Origin: Chromera velia
Lineage: Eukaryota
DNA length: 47,415 nt
NCBI GenBank assembly: GCA_018398765.1
Contig: JAHBMJ010000491.1
Span: 1-47,415, forward strand
Reading direction: 5' to 3'
The notes beneath the pieces are model-generated. The model did no database searches. It was not told where the DNA came from and was given only the letters and a program-made list of their open reading frames with translations. Within the stretch, counting starts at the first letter, position 1. The number at the start of each line of letters is the position of its first letter. This document shows positions 23,123-35,900 of this stretch, in pieces. The position numbers and the translations under genes are program-made.

Positions 23123-23900
23123 TCTGCATCGCTCCGGAAAGTGAAGTGAGAGGCACTTATGAAACAATTTCTCTGGGTCCATACAATCCCACACACATGC
23201 ATAGCATCAAAAAAAGGCCCTAAACGCCTATAAAGGCCCTGGAAAGCTCTGTTCCAAATTGGCTCAGAAAAGCGTCAAAACTACCATGGCCCCGGAAACC
23301 GAGGCGGGAAGCACTTACCAAACTATCGCCGGTACGTATCTTTTCGCGCTTCGAAAGAGCTTGCGTGCGTCAACCAGTGGTCATTTTTCTTGCTTTCCGG
23401 GGCCGTTCGCAAGCTAGCTTGCTTGTATGCGTTAGATGCATGCATGCATGTGCTGATTCCCGCGCTTCCCGGCTTGCCCGTGGGCCCGTCTACATGCGTG
23501 CATGCATGCATGCAGGAGCACACAGCGTGATCGATGGCAATGTGATGGCATCGATCTCGAATCGTCTCGCCCAGCTAGTCGGATCTAGTTGGTAGCTCAG
23601 TGCAAGGCGTGCTTTCGAGCAAGGGCCGACGTATCGAATATGGGAATGGCGGCTGACAGACGTTTGGATCATTCTCGCAGGTGCTTTCGGTGATTTCTCC
23701 AGTCGATGTCGTGCGCCTCATCTCCGCTGTGGTCTGTCTGAACTCATGCACAAAATTCAGATTTGATACTCCGTCTCATGATTGGTCTCATGAAAACGTG
23801 AGATGAACTCACAGTTCCGAGCCACGAGAAGTGCCAGACTGGACGCGCGTGCTGCGTGATCTGCCAAAGCGCACTGTGAACCTCAAATATCAAAAGCGAA

Positions 23901-25597
23901 ATGCGGCAGCGCAAAGCCGCCGTTTCCTGGGTGCTTGCTGTCAGTCTGTTCACCTTTCTTTTTGCCTGGATATGCAGCTTGCTCTTTCTGGTTAGTGGTC
24001 TCTGGTGCCGAGCGCTGCCCCCGCCCCCGCCCCTAGACTTCGAATCAAAGTCAGGAGACGCGGATGACTGCGCACAGGACCCACTGCTTCTCGAGTATTC
24101 GCTTTACACAATCGACCCACAGTGCCCCAGGGCAGTCATCTTCCTCCCGGTGGCAGTCGGCTTAGGCCACCAGCTCACTGCGCTGTCCGTAGCGATGGAT
24201 CTGGCCATCCGGACCAGGAGCACGCTTGTGCTCTCAACTTCTGTATTCGATACAGTTGAGGAGGGGTGGATGAAGAAGCACACATCCCACTCACCATACG
24301 GATGGATACGGGAACTCTTCCGACCCTTTCCGAACTCCACGGCACTCACCGCACAGTTCCCGCGGTTGGAGTTTGTAGAGGCCCGCAACCGCACCCATGC
24401 GGTGGCAGAGCTCATGGGCAGGGAGTGTAGTGTCGTGGTGGAATCCAGGGGGGCGATGGAGAACTGGTGCGATGGGCTCTGGTGCACTACGAACTCCCCG
24501 GGGCTGCTCGCCAGCACCCAGTGTCTACTACGCGCCTTATGGACCCGGGCGCTGGAGGATGGGCGAATCCAGACGACCCATGCAGCAGCAGCAGCCCCAT
24601 CATCGTCATCTTCCGCATCCGCCCCGGTGTCTCTGAATGAGCTCTCGGGATGTCGCGCCTTCTGCAACGAGCGCATCCTCTCTGTTGCGTGGCATGTACG
24701 CAGGGGGGACATCAACCTCCAGTACGACACCGCGTTTTACCCTACGGTCAAGCGCGTCCTGGGGGCTGCTGCATCGAGGTTCGGGTACACTGCGCGCTCC
24801 TTCGCGTTCACGAACTTTGAGGATCACTCGGATCCTAGGGTCTGGACAGTGGAGGACATGCAGAGGGCCATAGGGGGGGTAGGGGAGAAGGGAGAAGGAC
24901 GGAAAGACCTCCTGTGGTGGTCCAGTTGGTTGGACGGTGTGTCGGGGGATGTGCTTGTGGGGAATTTTGAGATGCTGCACGACCTGGGACACATCACTAA
25001 TGCCGACGTTTTGGTCTCGGGAGGAAGCTCTTTTGCCTACATCGCAGCTGTGCTCGCAAACGCCTCACAGGTGGGTATGGAGTTATTACGTCAGTGAATT
25101 GATGGATCTATCGGTCATTTTGTCCTGCAGAGTGCAGGATTGAGCTAGAGAGAGTACACCCATTCTGATGCATACTGATGGACGGTGCCCGCTGTTTGAT
25201 TGATGCGTAGGTCGGAGTTCACGTTGGCTTTCTTTTGTTTTCTCTAGCTCCGCATCGTATCGTGCTGGATTGGTTGCATGGAGCTGCTTTTGCATCGTAT
25301 GCACCCGACAGACAGTACAGAGAGGGATGCCGGCTTTCATTGATCCTCTCGGTGAAAGACTTTGCTTGCTCCATGAGTAGACGTGTAGACGTCAATGAAG
25401 TGTACTTACCCACCGGTAAGTTCGGTCTCTCCATGCTGTGCTCGCGTCTCTGCATGTGTTTGTCATAACCTGTTGACAGGTAATCACCTGTCGCTTGGTC
25501 ACTTACTCTGAGAGTTGTGCGTGTTTGTCGCGCTGTGTTGTCTGTGTGTAGCTTTGCCGGGATCTATAGGCTTGCAGGGACAGTTGCCGCGTATCTG

Positions 25598-25649
<52 letters not shown>

Positions 25650-25669
25650 TGTTTTGTGTGTGTGAGTGT

Positions 25670-25721
<52 letters not shown>

Positions 25722-25823
25722 TGAGAGAGAGAGAAAGAAAGAAAGACTTTTCCACAGACAGACAGACACACACACACACACGAGCGAGAGAGGGAGAGAG
25801 AGAGAGTGAGAGAGAGACTTTTC

Positions 25824-25855
<32 letters not shown>

Positions 25856-25904
25856 CGAGCGAGAGAGGGAGAGAGAGAGAGAGAGTGAGAGAGAGAGACT
25901 TTTC

Positions 25905-26000
<96 letters not shown>

Positions 26001-26411
26001 TGTTTGAAAACGCTGCGTGCTATGATTCTGTGTATGCAGGTCCATGTGTACAGTACCCCGAAGGAAAGCCCCTTCTTGCACAGCGGGGCGTGGCTCACGT
26101 ACAGGTCTAAGGGGGCAGTGCCTGTTAGCAGGGACGGGCTCATGACGGAGATGGTCCGTCGCATCTTTTACGACAGGGTCGAGCGCCGCATCCGCGTTCG
26201 CCGTAGGGTCTGCGGTTGTAGCAGTGGTGCCGAAAGAGGAAGAGAAGGGGAACAGGCAGACGCAGAAGTGACGAATACACGTCGAGAGATAAGTGAAGGT
26301 GCAGGTCGGCGTTTGCAGGCGCAGAGGCAGGCTGTTGATGGGGTCAACCTAGGGTTTCACGTTCTTGACCCTGTCAGCCTTGCTACTGCTCCTTTAGTTG
26401 GAGTTGGCTAA
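23901..26411 (+). CDS. Type II membrane fucosyltransferase-like glycosyltransferase (GT11/GT23/O-FucT fold), ~513 aa; exons 23901-25070 and 26040-26411
   Basis: N-terminal TM helix and Pro-rich stem; motifs GLGHQL, VAWHVRRGD and DLGHITNADVLVSGGSSFAYIAAVL; a phase-0 GT-AG intron leads to VHVYSTPKES. Confidence 0.75.
25598..25997. repeat. Intronic compound (CT)n/(GT)n/(GA)n/(CA)n microsatellite with three GACTTTTCCACA-anchored units
   Basis: Directly visible in the sequence. Confidence 0.9.
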
Positions 26412-26719
26412 ATCGGAGGCTAAATCAAGCAATGGCTGCAATGCACAGCAAAATGTTTTGGAATCTATGTGATTCTAGAAGTGATTTCATAATTAAATAC
26501 GAACGTATAGTAATAATATTGTGTACGCGGTATATGTCTGCATAGACGGTATTTTTGAACACGTACTGAAAGCATACGATATGTAAAGTTTATGTAAGCT
26601 GTAGTGTATAATACTGTTTATGTAAAATAATGGTATTCAAACCCTAATAGCTAGCATCATCAACGTCAAACCAATCTATTAAAACCTACATTAAAACCTT
26701 CTAAACCCTCGACCTCAAG

Positions 26720-28307
26720 CACCTATGAGCTCTCCATGTCTTCCCACGACCTTGCCTTTTCCGTTAGGAACGGCTGATTGTCACTTCTTCTATCCGAGTG
26801 CTACCACTGCCGCTGCCCCTCCCTCAACGCTCACTCTTTGCACCTCTCCCCTGGTGCCCCACAGGCACCCGCTGGCTGCTCTGTGGTGCGCTGCCTACAT
26901 TCTTGCCTTCATGTATGCGCACACCTGCCCGTATGTCCTATCCCACTTCAGACTCACAAGATGCGCTACCTTCTTTAGGAACATCTCGGCGTCCTTTTCG
27001 AGGGCCCCATCTACACTGCTGACGAGGAGCGTGAAATTGTACCCCTTGTCCCTGCACGGCTCGGCATACTGCTCTTTTTTCCCCATGGCTGACCGGGTGA
27101 GAACTTTCTGCCAGTCACCCTGTACATAGGAGGCGGCCTGAATATTAACTACCCTTGTGTCTAAGATTGCCTGCCTCTGCCTTGCCCAGAGTCCCCACAC
27201 TGAGAAGTCTCCATAGAGGGCCGGTCAACCCGTTACCTCTCCCTCTGCCCTCACTACTGGCTCCACCCTTCCTACTGCCAAGGCGAACGCCAGCTCTGCC
27301 AGGTCACACCACGCCTGGTTTACCTCGTTATGTCTCCTTCCGACATCATAATGATGTCCCTCTCTCTTGCAATTGAGGGCGGCTGCAGCCCCCAGCTACC
27401 CCCACATCCCTTGCAATTCCTTTTGTCTTCCTGCGCCTTAAATTAGTAGCGTAGGGTGAGGGCATCTCGGAACTCTTCCGGGCTAAGGAGCATGTCGTCC
27501 GCTTCTCATGGGACCACACTGAGCCATCCCGAGTGTCGCTTTGCCTTTGCGTCTCTGACTGCTCTCTTCTGCTCCCCCGTCACCCCCGGAACTTCCGTTT
27601 CTTTCACCCTCTCCCATCTCTCTTTCTCTTCCGCCCTCTTCCTCTGGCTGTGCTCTTTGCGGGCCTCCTTCCTTTCTTCTCTTTCTTTTTCCTAGTTGTT
27701 TTTCCTCCTCTACCTCTCTTCCTTCTTGAATAGCCCGTATGAGCTCTCTCGTTGCTGCTTGAGATGTCGCTCTCGCTTCCCTCCCTTCTGTCTTGGGATT
27801 GTCAATCCCCATCCCCCCCAGTCTAACTGGCAGTGCACTGACCTTTCGCATCCATTGCTCTACGGCGGTGGGGGGGCTGTCGCGGGGCCTCCCGAACAGC
27901 AAAGCTGGGAGCAGCCTGTCTCGAATAGCTGCCTTGAGGGGATCAAACTGTTCTTCCCTTGCCTCTCTGACCCTCTGCAGGAACCCCCACTCCCGCTGTT
28001 GTGACTTAACGTACGCCGTGTACACTTCCTGGGGCGCATGCACAGCTGCTTCAGCCACTCTCTCCGTTCTCTTTACAAACTCTTCCACCTTCTTTCCCAC
28101 CCACTTCTCTTTCTCTGCTTCATCTCCCACAAATCCTCTCAGGAGTCTACACCCTGTCACTATGGTCATTCCTTTTCCCTCCTCTTCTTTGGGTAAAAAC
28201 TCGGCAAACACCCTCTTGGCTTCTTCCATAAACCGTGCAGGAACTGCGAGAATTGTCTTCTCAGGCTCGGGGAAGTAGCCTATGGCCGGACCCCTCTGCA
28301 GCACTGT
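26720..28307 (-). mobile_element. 5'-truncated, decayed non-LTR retrotransposon of CRE-like type (RT thumb plus restriction-like endonuclease region)
   Basis: Minus-strand peptides GPAIGYFPEPEKT, LPVRLGGMGI, EEFRDALTLRY and WGLW...ILDTRVV...KKEQYAEPC...FTLLVSSVDG are typical of early-branching REL-encoding non-LTR elements. Stops and frameshifts are present. Confidence 0.75.
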
Positions 28308-29152
28308 GCGGTTACATGATACTTAAGTTTACTTAAGTTTGATACTACATTATACCATATCTCATATGATTACTTAAATCACCCTGTAACTAGCCTTGTA
28401 AGAACCTAAGAATTTAAACTAGAATTTAGGGGAATTTACTAGGGAATTCAATAAAGTTAAGAGGTACACGTCGATTTCTCATGGACTATGATAAGTTAGA
28501 ACTTGATATTAACGCTGCTTAGTAAATACGTCTAGAAATAGGTTACCGTCCTTGAGTACCTCAATTCACTTCAATTTTATACAATTACGTACGAGTACAT
28601 AAAACTGGTACATAAATCATAATTAAATTCGTAAATTACATGTCATCATCATCAAACTGATGCATTTTTCTTTTTTTTTTGCTAACTATTTAAACACAGG
28701 TTGACGTTGCCAGTGGAGACATCATTGCGAGCGTCTTCAAGTTCTTGCTGTAAAGTGTATGAAAAATGATTGTCTGCCGTTCAACTACAGCCAGCCATAC
28801 CGCCATGCAGTTGAATATCAACGTTGCTTTACCGAACGTGGTCCCGGCACTTGCTTCCCGCCTGTGACTAAAGCGAGAGGGGAACCGATACGAGAGACGG
28901 AACGAAAGAAAAGGAGGGGACTCTAAGGTTGTCTGTTTGTCCCCCTCTTTTCTTTCGGTCGGTGTGGAAATGGACGAAAGGCGAGGAGGAGAAGAAAGAA
29001 ATGAGAAGAGCGGTACAAGAGAGACGAGACCGGCGGCTTTCTCTGTCTCTCTTTCAAAAAAAACTTGAAGACATGCAATTACAACAAAGAGCCAGACAGG
29101 AATCGTAGAGAATTACTCTCTCCCCCTTTCTTTATTTTTTTCTTTCGTTTTC

Positions 29153-29198
29153 CTACTCATCATCGTCATCCTCATCTTCATCTTCATCGTCGTCATAA

Positions 29199-29249
<51 letters not shown>

Positions 29250-31001
29250 TCGTCCTCGTCCTCGTCTTCTTCTTCGTCGTCCTCTTCTTCTAAGCTTATC
29301 GAAGAAGAGACAGGGCGGCTCTCCTCCTTCTTCTCCAACGCCCTGATGCTGATTCCCCTTTCGGACCTCTCCCTCTGCTCCTCCTCTTCCTCTTCTTCCT
29401 CATCTTCATCTTCCTCCTCCTCATCTTCATCATCCTCATCATAGTCATCTCCGATCTTCACCCCCTCCGTCGTCTGACCGGTGATGTGGAATTTGGTCAC
29501 TGCTCTGATCTTCTTGGCGGTCTTGGTGACGTAGTCTATGTCGGGCTCCAGATCCTCCAAGATCATCGCGCCCAACTTGTTGTTCCTCAACAGCTTGTCG
29601 GCCTCGAGAATTTCAAATGCCGTTCGGCGGTACTCCTTGAACAAAAATCTCAGGTCACCTGCACGCAACGACGCACACGAAAAGGAACACTCATGCTCCT
29701 CAAACACACATGCATGCAGATAGATAGATAGATAGATGCGCGTATTTGTTTGAGTGTGAGGGAAAGGAGGAGAGATAGAGCGATAGAGAGACAGACAGAG
29801 CGACCAGGAACGAGAGGGAGAGAGAGATCCAATCCGAGAGTTCTTGCCTTTTTGAGCTTCCCTCAAAATAGAGCGACAGAGCAGAGTAGATTCGGCCCTC
29901 TCTCTTTCTCTTCTCCCCTCTCCAGTGGACAGAAGCAAATCCATGCGCATGTGCTAGAAAGGAGAAGCAGACAAGGAGAATGGATTCAGCGCATCAACAC
30001 ATCTCTCTCCTCTTCCAATCCATTCCTTCCTCCTCACCGTCTTCCTTCCACTTCTCATAAGCCAGCTTCAACCGCGCCTCAATGTCCTCCTGAGGCCACT
30101 TGTATCTGGGATACCGCCCTGCACACACACACACACACACATACACACACACACACACAGGTAAATGAAAGGGACTGTTAGGATACACGAGACGGAATGA
30201 GGCGAGCACCGCAGAAGATGGATAGATGGACTCAGGCAGCCAAGCAAGAGGAGAGACAATCACAAGAACAAAAAGAACAAACACTGAGAGACGACGGTAT
30301 TTGCCGTCTCCCTGCGGATCAGTCGATCCCCTTCTCTCGTCCCATGCCGTCGCGTGCACTGGCGGACAAGGCCATCGGTTGATCTATCTGTACTTTCACT
30401 GAGCTGTTCCGAGCTGGACCTTCTATCTGCCTGACTGACGTTGAATTTTTTTCTCCTGGGCCCCGACGTAGTTCATAATCTTCTGAGCAATGCGGAGACG
30501 CACAACCCGATCTGCACGCCGCAATGGAAACAGAGAGGGGGGGGGGAGGAGATGCGGACACAGACAATAGGGAGAACAAATGGGGGAACACCCAAAGAGA
30601 GCTAGGTCCCCTTGGGCACTCCCTTGTCACCAGGTCCCCTTCTTTGGCTCTTGATGAATAGCCATGCATAGGTCCGTGCGTCTCTTGGTCGTCTTCCTTT
30701 CTTTCTTTCTTTTTTTTTTGTACCGTTCTGTTCTTCAGTTTTCTTGCGTGAGGAAAGGAAGAGCATCCAGCTGCTGGCAGCAGTCTTCATGGACTCCTGC
30801 TGACCCTTCTTTTTCCTTTTCCTTTCTCTGTCTGTCTTTCTTTCTTTCTTTCTGATGTTTTCACAAAGAACAGAGACAGACGGGCAGTCCATCGAAGTCA
30901 CGCGCCACTGGAGGACTCGTGCAGACAGGCAGGCAGGCGGGTGTGAAGGAACGACTGTCCTCGTCTCTGCTGATTTTTCTCTCTCATTCAACGAATGTAT
31001 A

Positions 31002-31059
<58 letters not shown>

Positions 31060-31979
31060 CGCACACACACTCACACACTTTTGTTTGCGTGACTGCTCTC
31101 CATTTCCTCTCTTTCGACGCTCAAAAGAAAAACACAGAGAAACGGCTGCCACACTCACGTACCAATTTTGAGGCCTTGAAGATAGTCGAGCAGAGGTTCG
31201 GTCGACTCTGCCAGACACACACAGCAGGGGGGGGAAATTGGGATTCATTTTCTTACACACCACAGACCCAGAGACAGGCAGATAGGAAGAGAAAAAGAGA
31301 AAGAGGGGCGTCTTCGTGGATGTCCCGGGGGGCGTACAGACCGGGTGGAGAAGAAAAAATAAAAACAACGCAGACGCGCCCTGTCTGTCTTTCCCTCTCG
31401 CCCTTTGAGCTCCCCAAGGTTCACTTTTCTTTTCCTCAGCAATGAACTTATCGCATTTCGATCGAGAGAAAAAAAGAATTGCCAGACAGGTCACTCATAC
31501 TCATTCACTCGATCGACGCACAGGCCCCGCTGCTCTGCCATTTCCAATCCGTTCTTTCTTTCGTTCAATATGCCCTCCACCCTCTCGTTTGCCCCTTCCC
31601 TTCCCTTCTGGGCCTCTCTCTAGTCTGGAGAACTAAGAAGGGCCCTCCCTCCTTGATCCTTCCGTGAAGGGAATCTCCGCCCTTCCTCCAGACTTTGATG
31701 GCTCTTTCTCTCATCTCCAGAAACACATGCACAAACACACGCACGTCGTCTCAATTGACTCTTACTTTCCTGTCTCATCAATTAATCACTCAAGCACCAA
31801 GTGCCGTTGCGTCTACCACAAAAGGCACAAGCAAGACTAAGAGAGACAAAACCACACACAAAGACACCCTCACTTAGTGACTGACTTTCTTCCTCGCACT
31901 TCTCCATGATCTCATCGCTCTTCGCAACGATCTCGGCCTCCTCCACTGCCACACACACACACACACACAAACAGAGAGA

Positions 31980-32016
<37 letters not shown>

Positions 32017-32902
32017 CACCGGGAAAAATGACGGGTGAACAGATGAAGACAAAAAAAAAAGTGGAGGGCAGCAGCCGAAGCGAGGTCCCTGAAAGAGACC
32101 AGAAGAGTCAATTGACACAGAAGTCAACACCGACGATTAAACGAACACGCATAACGAACAGCGCACCCCCAAAGCACTCCCCCCCCCTCCTCTCCACCCC
32201 CTGCCTGTCTGCCTGACTGACTTCCGCTTCCCTCCATCCAGAATCGGATCTTCTCTCTCAGGTGTGCTCTCACGCGCTCCTTCGAGCTCGTGGCTGCTTC
32301 ACAGGAAGTAAGCAAGGAGGCAAAAAAGGAAGTAAGTAAGGAAGGAAGGAAGGAAGGAAAAGACAGGAATGGATTTGTGGGTCGAAAGAAAGAAGGAAAA
32401 GAGAGGCATGCAGACTCGAGGCAAACCAGAGGACACTTCCTGAAAAGACAATCTTCGTGGAACAACATCCCCCTCCGTACAATCCAGGATGGCGCACAGG
32501 TGCATGCAAGCAGTTCTGATCTGCCTCTGTGGACACGTCGATTTTGTTCCGTTTGCACAGGTAGACAGACTGACGGAAAGGCGGAGGGGCGGGTTTCCTC
32601 TCCTTTGGCTTGGCGGGAATGATTTTGTCGAGGGCGGCGGCGGCTGCTTGAGGAGAGGAGCGTGGCAGAAAAGAGGAACATGTCATCCAAGGACAGACAA
32701 GATATGATAGAAGAAAGAACAGAACGCAGCGAGGGTGGGTGAAGAAGAGGAACAATACCAGAAGGTGAGCGAAAGAGAGGGTGCATGCACATCAGCGAAA
32801 AAGAAAAATTGATTGGGCGTCAGTCTAAGCCTTCAGCAGAAAGAAAGGAAGGATTCAAGTAGAAGAAAAAAGAAAGGAGGAATATAGCCACACTCACTCA
32901 CT

Positions 32903-32945
<43 letters not shown>

Positions 32946-35900
32946 GGAGAGAAGGAATATTGCAGCACCGGATTTCAAGATGAGAAGGCCAAACGGGCGA
33001 GAAGGCAGCGGAATAAAACAAAATGGAAGGCGAGAATTATGAGGAACGCCTCGCAAGTTATTCGTTGAGGATTGAGGATCTTATGACTGACTGACTCTTT
33101 TCGCTTTTGGGGAGTGCAACCCATTCTGCATAGAGCTCCTCCACCTTCTTGTCACGGAGAACTTTTGGCACTGCAAGATGAACGAGAAGAAGACGTGGGA
33201 TGATGGCATTGTACACCGAAAGAAGCTGACTTACCAATAGTCGGCACGCATGTTTCGGTTGCTTCTAATGAAGACATATTGTCCGTTGCCTAAAGGAGAC
33301 TGGCTCGTTGCCTAAAGGAGACTGGCTCCGAATGAAAAATGGGAGGAGGATTCGTTTATTTGTGCACAAAGAAATGGACTTCGTATTGGTAATACACCAA
33401 ACAATTGTAGGGGGTGGGTGGACTTGTTGGCATTCTTTTGTTCTTCTTTTGCTATCCTTCCTTTCTGTCGTGAAGGGCAAAGGGAAAAAGGAAACTCGTT
33501 CTGGCCTCTCTCAACGCACCTAAGTACCTACACGCCTGCATCTCTGCAAGACACAAAGAAGCCGATCCTTCTCCCCCCCCCCNNNNNNNNNNNNNNNNNN
33601 NNNNNNNNNNNNNNNNNNNNNNNNNNNNNNNNNNNNNNNNNNNNNNNNNNNNNNNNNNNNNNNNNNNNNNNNNNNNNNNNNNNNNNNNNNNNNNNNNNNN
33701 NNNNNNNNNNNNNNNNNNNNNNNNNNNNNNNNNNNNNNNNNNNNNNNNNNNNNNNNNNNNNNNNNNNNNNNNNNNNNNNNNNNNNNNNNNNNNNNNNNNN
33801 NNNNNNNNNNNNNNNNNNNNNNNNNNNNNNNNNNNNNNNNNNNNNNNNCCCCCCCAAAAAAAAAACAAAAAACTTCCTTCAATCCCGAAATGAATCTCAC
33901 AGTGACAGCCCTCTCCACGCCCCCCCTCCCCACCCACTTTTCATGAAGTACTCCTTGACTCTCTCAGGGATCGGCGCGTGGAATGCCGACTTCTCTTTGA
34001 TGAACGCGTCGGCCACCCGCTTCGGTATCTCGGCCCTGGCCCATTCGTTGATCTCCTCATCTGCTTTCTCTCACGCAGAGAGGAAAACAAGGAGTCGAGA
34101 AAGGTCAAAAACATTGGCTGTTCTTTTCCTTCAGTTTGCATTTCTCAAAAGTGCAGAAAAGAAAAGAAACGTAGAAAGGATGAAGGGACTCGGAAATCAA
34201 CGCCAGCCAAAGACAGGACAGGCAGAAGGATGGCGTTTCAAGCAATTAAGGCAGACAGACTGCAGAACGAACCAAGAAGCGAAACGGAATGACATGGTTG
34301 CACCTGCCTGAATGAAATTCATTCAGTATGTATCACTTTTTGACCTCTCCACCCTCCCTGCCTTCCCCTCTCAGATCCCTTCGCTTCCCTCACTGGTTGT
34401 CCGTCCGTGTGTCTGACCGACCTTCCGGGAAAAGATCCGGGCACTTCCCTGTGCCCTTCCACTGGTTGAAGTACTGCTCGACCATGTTCTCGGCAGTCGT
34501 CACGTTGACTGAATGGATGGAGGCACGGAAGAAGGGAGGGTAAGAGAAGAGATGGGTGGTGCGTTTCGTTGCAGGAGGATGAGTGAAGGAAGAAAGACGA
34601 GGGGCGACAGGCGGGGGGGGGGAACCAATGCAAGGGAAAGGGGGAAGGGAGAGAGAAGAGCTGCCCGTGGAAGATGCACAGAAAGAATAAAAAAAAACGT
34701 CACACCCACACTCACTCCTACAAACTTACACATCGCAACACACAAAAGCTGTGGGAGAGGTTGGCTCAATTGACGTCACAAAGGAGAGGGATTGAAGAGA
34801 GAGGAGAAGTAAACACAGTCTTCGATTGTTTCTCTTTTCTTTCTTTCTTTCTTTCTTTTCTTTCTTTCTTTCTTTCTTTCTTTCGTTTCTTTCTTTCTTG
34901 GTTTGTTTGTCTGTCTCTCCCCTCTTTTTCCTTCCCCACCCATTGACATTGACTCACTCACTGACTCACTCACTCGTCTGGAATTTCGTGACGTCGTCGC
35001 TGTCGAGATCTCCTCTGATTTTCAGCAGAGTGAGTGCTCGGATCTTCCTCTTCATCTTCTGGTCGGCTATGTACTCGGGTCGGAGGGCTTTCTTCATCAT
35101 CTTCCATCTGCATGCAGCAATGAGCGCATGATGAAGCAATCAATCAATGAATGTGTGACTGAGTCATTGCACACCTACCCACACCCACACAATGACGGAG
35201 AGCTGAATGATGATTCAGAAATAAAAAGCAAAAGGGGCAAAAACGACTCCAACAGAAGGGACTGACTGCATGCAGCGGTCGAGAGAGAAACCAAGAAAGA
35301 AGCCATCCATCCATGCATTTCCTCAATTCGGTCCCCTTTTCGGTGCATGGTCCAGAATCCCATGCACCCAACCGACGAAGAAGCCAACGAAGAGCAATTC
35401 AGATCCAAAGGACGAAAAGTACCACACGAGAGAGAAAGAGAAACAAAGAGAGAGAGTAACAAAGAAAGAGGGAGGAGGTGACAGACCGATCTCTGTCCAG
35501 TCTCCGTGCATAGAAATCAGGAAGCGTTGGTTTCACCGCCCCCCCCTTCAACCAGGCGTCGTACATCCCCTTCACGATCGCCATGATGCCTGCCCGCCTG
35601 TACGTGGCGTCCATGCAGGACTCGATTGCCAGTAGAGCCTGCTTTTGGATCTCGGCTGCATGATCATGGCAGCTCCACATACACGCACATACACACACAC
35701 ATGCACAAATATACACAAACATACGGAAGAAAAGAAGTCAGAACAACAAGAGAAAAGAACTTCAGATGAGAGTCACCCAAAGAAAGAAAGAAAGAAAACC
35801 GCACGTGTGTGTACAAAAGCGACAAAGAATGAGAACGGAGGGGGGGGCCACGAGTCCCTGACCCCCCACCCTGACGAGACTCACACACAACCATCCACGC

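Noticed and set aside
25499..26164. ORFs rich in LS/CV/HT/ER dipeptides here and in other introns
   Set aside because: They are translations of dinucleotide microsatellites inside introns.
33284..33328. 23-bp tandem duplication GTTGCCTAAAGGAGACTGGCTC
   Set aside because: Two intronic copies only, consistent with ordinary slippage.
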